Source: Promethearchaeota archaeon (GTDB lineage Archaea > Asgardarchaeota > Lokiarchaeia > Sigyniarchaeales > Promethearchaeaceae). From it: a DNA stretch of 32,000 nt. The notes under the pieces are model-generated. The model did no database searches. It saw nothing but the letters and a program-made list of their open reading frames with translations, and was not told the origin of the DNA. The DNA lies in the NCBI GenBank assembly GCA_016933055.1, contig JAFGBS010000026.1, positions 1 through 32,000 of the forward strand, in the 5' to 3' direction. Shown here one piece after another: positions 27,166 through 32,000 of this stretch. The number at the start of each line of letters is the position of its first letter. The stretch's first letter is position 1. A program made the translations under genes and the position numbers.

Positions 27166-29166
27166 TTAATCCACTTTAAGTAATTTTGCGTTAATTGCAA
27201 CGATAATTGTGCTTAATGACATAAGTATAGCTCCAATTGCAGGAGAAATGACAAAATTCAATGAAGCTAAGACTCCAGCTGCAAGTGGGATCGCAATAAC
27301 ATTATATCCTGTTGCCCAGATTAAATTTTGCACCATTTTACCATAGGTTGCCTTGCCAAATTTTATTAGAGAGGTCACATCTTTTGGATTACTATTTACT
27401 AAAATTATATCCGCAGTTTCTGCTGCTACATCGGTTCCAGATCCAATTGCTATCCCAACGTCAGCTTGTGCTAAAGCTGGAGCATCATTAACTCCATCCC
27501 CTGTCATTGCAATAAATTGGTTTTCTCTTTGTAAATTTTTAATCGTTTCTTGTTTTTCATGAGGTAATACTTCTGCAAAATAACCATCTAATCCAAGTTT
27601 ATCAGAAACATTCTTAGCTATCTTTTCATTATCTCCGGTTAACATCCAACATTCAATACCTTCTTTCTGTAAATCCGATATCGCTTCAAATGACTCCTCC
27701 CTTATTTTATCAGATAAATTGATAACTCCCACTAAATCTTCATTAATAAGAACAAAGACACTAGTTCCGATATCCTCGTTCATTTCGTAATTCGGAATAG
27801 TGATTTTATTTTCTTTCAGATATCCGGGACTTACTACCTTCATTTTTCGATCATTTATAGTCCCTGTAATGCCTTTACCTTTTAACGCCTTAAAATCATC
27901 TACAGTGTTCAATTTAAGATCAAGTTCTCTCGCTTTTTTTAGGATTCCCGTAGCTATTGGATGTTCAGAATTTTTTTCCAGAGACGCTGCATATGATATG
28001 AGGTCTTCTTTAGAATACTGTTTATTAAAGACAATAATTTCATTTACTGAAAATACTCCCTCCGTTAATGTACCTGTTTTATCAAAAATCACTTTGGTAA
28101 TTTTTCTGGAATTTTCAAATGCAGTTCGATTTCGGATTAATAAACCATTCTTAGCCGATAGAGAGGTAGAAACTGCCACAACTAATGGAATTGCCAACCC
28201 AAGTGCATGGGGACAGGTAATCACCATCACTGTTGCCATCCTTTCAATAGAATAAGCAATAGTTTCTCCCAAAATCAACCAAACAGTTAGTGTAACAATA
28301 CCTATAGAAATGGATATGATAGTTAACACCAATGCTGCTTTGTCAGCAAGATTCTGTGTTTTAGATTTTGTTGCTTGCGCTTCTTCTACTAGTGTAATGA
28401 CTTGTGAAATATACGAATCCTTTCCAGTTTTTTCAACTCTCACATGTAATGATCCCTCCCCGTTAATAGATCCTCCTATTATCTCATCACTTTCTATTTT
28501 ATTTACAGGGTTCGACTCACCGGTTAACATTGCTTCATTTATCGCGCTTTCTCCTTTGATAATTACACCATCAGATGGGATTTTTTCTCCTGGTTTGATC
28601 AATAATATATCCCCTTTTTGGATCTTTTCAAGGGGGATATCTTCAGTTTCACCATTTTCCTTTATTTTATGGGCTTCTGAAGGCAATAATTTGACTAATT
28701 CTTCTAATGCTTGGGATGCTCCTAAAATAGATCTCATTTCTAACCAATGACCTAATAACATAATATCAATTAGAGTTACTAATTCCCAGAAAAAGAAAGT
28801 CCCTGAAAGACCGATTACTACCGCCACACTATATACATATGCTACTGTTATTGCCAGAGCAATTAGCGTCATCATTCCTGGTGCTTTTTTCTTGATTTCC
28901 TTGACAAGCCCCTTAAAAAATGGCCAACCTCCAAAAATGAAAATAATGGACGCCAATCCGAGTAACACATAATTCTTATACAGAAAAGTAATTTCGTAAT
29001 TTAACCACTCTTGTATTGTGGGTGATAAAAAAATAACTGGGATTGTCAAGACCAAAGAAATGAAAAATCGTAATCTAAAATCTTTTATCATCTTTTTATG
29101 GTGTTTGGACTTGCTTGTATTGTGTTTTTTTTTAGAATTACTTTCATTTTTTTTATCGTTTGTCAT
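27166..29166 (-). CDS. copB: Heavy-metal P1B-type ATPase, CopB-like (CPH motif)
   Basis: TGES, CPHALGLA, DKTGT, SEHP, GDGVNDAPAL, GYN and MSLST motifs. Confidence 0.93.
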   Translation of the reverse strand: MTNDKKNESNSKKKHNTSKSKHHKKMIKDFRLRFFISLVLTIPVIFLSPTIQEWLNYEITFLYKNYVLLGLASIIFIFGGWPFFKGLVKEIKKKAPGMMTLIALAITVAYVYSVAVVIGLSGTFFFWELVTLIDIMLLGHWLEMRSILGASQALEELVKLLPSEAHKIKENGETEDIPLEKIQKGDILLIKPGEKIPSDGVIIKGESAINEAMLTGESNPVNKIESDEIIGGSINGEGSLHVRVEKTGKDSYISQVITLVEEAQATKSKTQNLADKAALVLTIISISIGIVTLTVWLILGETIAYSIERMATVMVITCPHALGLAIPLVVAVSTSLSAKNGLLIRNRTAFENSRKITKVIFDKTGTLTEGVFSVNEIIVFNKQYSKEDLISYAASLEKNSEHPIATGILKKARELDLKLNTVDDFKALKGKGITGTINDRKMKVVSPGYLKENKITIPNYEMNEDIGTSVFVLINEDLVGVINLSDKIREESFEAISDLQKEGIECWMLTGDNEKIAKNVSDKLGLDGYFAEVLPHEKQETIKNLQRENQFIAMTGDGVNDAPALAQADVGIAIGSGTDVAAETADIILVNSNPKDVTSLIKFGKATYGKMVQNLIWATGYNVIAIPLAAGVLASLNFVISPAIGAILMSLSTIIVAINAKLLKVD

Positions 29167-29338
29167 CTCGTTTAAACTAGCTAAATTTTCTTTTTTAACC
29201 TACCTTTTATAATTATTATAATGTATTTTACTGAACTCTGAGCATAATTATGTAGATTATAACTAAGATATATAAGATTGGAATCTAAAGGTTATTCAAT
29301 TTGGCGAGAGATAGAAAAAAAAAAAGATTCTGTGAAAT

Positions 29339-30301
29339 TTAATCAATACTAGCGTTGTAAAGATGATCTAACTGCGTTATAGCGATTTCTTGATTGATTT
29401 GCTTTCTTTCCATCTTATCCATGACAATATTGACAAGATATTTAGGTATAAATCGTTTCAACTTTACGTCCGTGAAAATTACATAATGTGGTTCGGGTTT
29501 AGTCTCAATTTTTCGAAGATATCGGTTGCTTAATAATTTATTGACTATCTCCTCTTCTGCAAATTCTAAAATTTGTTCCATTGTGAGAGGTTTTTTCCGT
29601 AATTCATAGAATAGCTTCTGATATTTAAAATCTGAAAGAATACTCATTCCCATCTGCATTTCACGTAGTAAAAATCCTGGATCATCAGTTACACGAGTTT
29701 TATAGATTGTCAAAAATTGTTTTACACTCTTTTTATATTCACTATGGTATTGGAGGAATTTTTCATTTGTTGATAAATATTTATCCGTTAGTTTCGAGGG
29801 GATTCTAAAAACAATGAAATCTCCCACTAGATAATAAACCTCATGAAAAGTGTTTTTCAGAAAATTGAATTGAATTAAACCAGCTCTGATCAGTGGAATA
29901 AGGAGAAGATTGAACTCAGCTTGAGAAAAATCTTGCATCTCACTCATTATTTTGAAAAGTTCGTCATCCTTTAGTGGACCGTTCCGTAAATTCTTGTAGA
30001 TTTCATATCTTAACGGGTCGTTATAAATTGCATTCAATGCTTCCAGTTCAGTCATACGGTTTAACACTTGGATTTCCCGATTTTTCTCCCTTGCAATTTT
30101 CACATCACTATATGATCTGGCATCCCTTACATTAAGGTGATAATCAAGGAATAACATTAGGGCATGCTGAGGATCTCCATGAACATCAACATAGCCAAAA
30201 GGGTATGACTCCCGATCCTCGGCTAAATCTGCTGGAACAATCACCTCAACTTGTTTATCGCAAATATTACAGAACGCGCTAATTGATTTTGTTTTTGTCA
30301 T
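29339..30301 (-). CDS. Hypothetical protein: N-terminal CxxC/His module + two tandem winged-helix-like repeats
   Basis: CNIC...HGDPQHAL N-terminus; internally duplicated units ending YYLVGDFIVFRIP and HYVIFTDVKLKRFIP; GGAGG 7 nt before the ATG. Confidence 0.65.
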   Translation of the reverse strand: MTKTKSISAFCNICDKQVEVIVPADLAEDRESYPFGYVDVHGDPQHALMLFLDYHLNVRDARSYSDVKIAREKNREIQVLNRMTELEALNAIYNDPLRYEIYKNLRNGPLKDDELFKIMSEMQDFSQAEFNLLLIPLIRAGLIQFNFLKNTFHEVYYLVGDFIVFRIPSKLTDKYLSTNEKFLQYHSEYKKSVKQFLTIYKTRVTDDPGFLLREMQMGMSILSDFKYQKLFYELRKKPLTMEQILEFAEEEIVNKLLSNRYLRKIETKPEPHYVIFTDVKLKRFIPKYLVNIVMDKMERKQINQEIAITQLDHLYNASID

Positions 30302-30312
30302 TTGATGTCCTC

Positions 30313-32000
30313 CTATAGTAATTGATCAATCTCCTTGTTGATTATATCTGAAACGAGTGCATCTCTTGTGAATTCTGTGCGGTTTTTTATTTTTGGCAAA
30401 TTCAGCAAGTTTTTCTTGATAAAACTTACGTTTCGTTGAAACTTAGATAATTTAATATAGCGATTGTAAATGAGCAGACTCATCACTCCAAGTAGTGCCG
30501 TACCTGCAACAGAACCTGCTATCCACCAATATAGATTCCAATTTTGGGGAACAACTACCGTAATTAGGAAAGATTCATCCTCTCCATTTGGATTCGTAAT
30601 TCCGATATGTAAACTATATGGATTGATCCCAGGATTCAAACCGAATTGATCCAAGTTAATTGAATAGGTTCCATTTTCCAATGAGATTATGTTTCCCGCA
30701 ATACCATCAATGTACGAACTTATGTTAGCATCAGTTACATACACTCCATGACTCGAATCATAAACTGTGATATAGACCATATTGGAACCCCCCTCAGATA
30801 GAATTATGCTACTTGACGATAGCGTGACCTCAAAAACAACAGGTTGAATTTGGATGTACAAATTATATATTTGCGTTTGTACACCAGGTGCCTGAGCAAA
30901 GATTTGACTGAAATATATTTTTGGTTGTAAATCGGAAGTATCAAAATCCATAGTGTAAGCAGTTCCATTCCACATCAAAGTACCTTCGATATCTCCGATT
31001 AAGGTAATTGTTCCACCACTGAAACTTAAACCGTTAACACGATAATCCACACTGATTGTTACTTGATCACCCACGAAGAATTCTACCGGTTCATCATTTA
31101 ATAAAAATAATTCTGATGATACAGGTTCGATTAAAACCGTAACGAACAGACTTCGGGTTTCAAAACCTAATCTACTGATTTGAATTATAACAGTATATTG
31201 ACCTAAATCAAGACCGGTGGTATCAAAGTCTATAAAGAATTCGTCATTTAGTTCTGTTATATTTGAATTTTTTAACCATGTAACGATGCAGCTTGCACCA
31301 CTGATTAGAGTACCTGTATCGAAATAGGTGTAGTTTACTTTTATTGAAAATATTTCACCTTGTTCAATTGTGATTAAATTTACATTTCCCTCGATAACAG
31401 TGGATATGGGATCTACCAATACTGTAATAAATACATTCTTTGTTTCAAAACCCGTTTTATTTAATTGAATTGTTGCAGTATATTGATCTAACGTAAGATC
31501 CGTTGTATTGAACAGTATTTCGAAGCCATCTGTTACGGGAGTGATTTCATAGTATTTCACCCATGTCACTGAACACGTTGCACCTGAAATTATTGCTCCC
31601 CCGTAATATTCAGTATAATTGACTTTAATTGAAAATTGATTCCCTTGAGATACTCGAATGAAGGTTCTATTAGCTGCGATTGCAGTCTGAACCGGATTAA
31701 TCAATACTGAGATGATTATGCTTTTAGTTTCATATCCTGATTTATTTAGGTTTATAAAGGAAGTGTATTGATCCAAGGCTAACCCAGTTGTATCATAATC
31801 AATAATGAACTCATCCCCGATAACAGTAATATTTGTATCCAATGTCCATGTTACAGAGCAAGAGGCGTTTACTATAAGAGTTCCTAAACCAGTATCGGTA
31901 TAATTTACTTTAACACTGAATGGTGTGCCTTGAGAAATCTCAATAAATGTCGCATTTGCTTTAATTATTGATTGAATCGGATTTACTTGTAACAGAACAA
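30313..32000 (-). CDS. Large single-pass surface protein with tandem Ig-like repeats (5' end outside the window)
   Basis: Reading frame checked open from the TTG at 31842 to the window edge. ~96-aa repeats (QG..FS(I/V)KVNYT...A.C.VTW...QYT..I), many N-x-S/T sequons, C-terminal TM (YWWIAGSVAGTALLGVMSLLIY) and a short basic tail. Confidence 0.85.
   Translation of the reverse strand, partial: VLLQVNPIQSIIKANATFIEISQGTPFSVKVNYTDTGLGTLIVNASCSVTWTLDTNITVIGDEFIIDYDTTGLALDQYTSFINLNKSGYETKSIIISVLINPVQTAIAANRTFIRVSQGNQFSIKVNYTEYYGGAIISGATCSVTWVKYYEITPVTDGFEILFNTTDLTLDQYTATIQLNKTGFETKNVFITVLVDPISTVIEGNVNLITIEQGEIFSIKVNYTYFDTGTLISGASCIVTWLKNSNITELNDEFFIDFDTTGLDLGQYTVIIQISRLGFETRSLFVTVLIEPVSSELFLLNDEPVEFFVGDQVTISVDYRVNGLSFSGGTITLIGDIEGTLMWNGTAYTMDFDTSDLQPKIYFSQIFAQAPGVQTQIYNLYIQIQPVVFEVTLSSSSIILSEGGSNMVYITVYDSSHGVYVTDANISSYIDGIAGNIISLENGTYSINLDQFGLNPGINPYSLHIGITNPNGEDESFLITVVVPQNWNLYWWIAGSVAGTALLGVMSLLIYNRYIKLSKFQRNVSFIKKNLLNLPKIKNRTEFTRDALVSDIINKEIDQLL

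Noticed and set aside
550-29212. Many antisense or nested ORFs in the track (e.g. 550-753, 978-1891, 2397-3734, 3900-4097, 7491-7838, 9587-10211, 18501-18740, 20719-21598, 24208-24620, 25749-26121, 27353-28750, 29018-29212)
   Set aside because: They lie within well-supported genes, on the opposite strand or in another frame, and show no motifs; treated as shadow ORFs.
29207-29221. Palindrome TTATAAT-T-ATTATAA upstream of copB as a metal-regulator operator
   Set aside because: Purely A/T, overlaps the likely TATA region, and no regulator gene is nearby; not distinguishable from background.

Overview
AT-rich archaeal chromosomal window, most likely from an Asgard archaeon (Lokiarchaeia-like). 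This is an inference from gene content: a gelsolin-like protein, a SIR2-TPR protein, a large Ig-repeat surface protein, an acyl-CoA ligase, a sulfatase and poly-T/poly-A intergenic tracts. It holds a dnaK-dnaJ-grpE operon with a candidate TAAC-N5-GTTA heat-shock operator, an orphan permuted DNA methyltransferase, assorted metabolic and transport genes, a VapBC module and a CopB-type P1B ATPase. No rRNA, tRNA, CRISPR array or transposase was seen. The strongest leads are five. (1) A CorA-like helical domain plus 2 TM segments fused to an ADP-ribose-pyrophosphatase-type Nudix domain, directly behind vapBC. (2) A SIR2-like domain fused directly to about ten 40-aa TPRs. (3) A gelsolin-domain plus helical-domain protein. 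(4) An unlisted 59-aa ORF that aligns without gaps to the first two helices of the histone fold. (5) A family of dispersed, modular, hairpin-rich CCTAT/ATAGG non-coding elements shared between the intergenic regions at about 11.0-12.0 kb, 16.0-16.45 kb and 17.8-17.93 kb. All family assignments come from motif recognition by eye; no database search was run.
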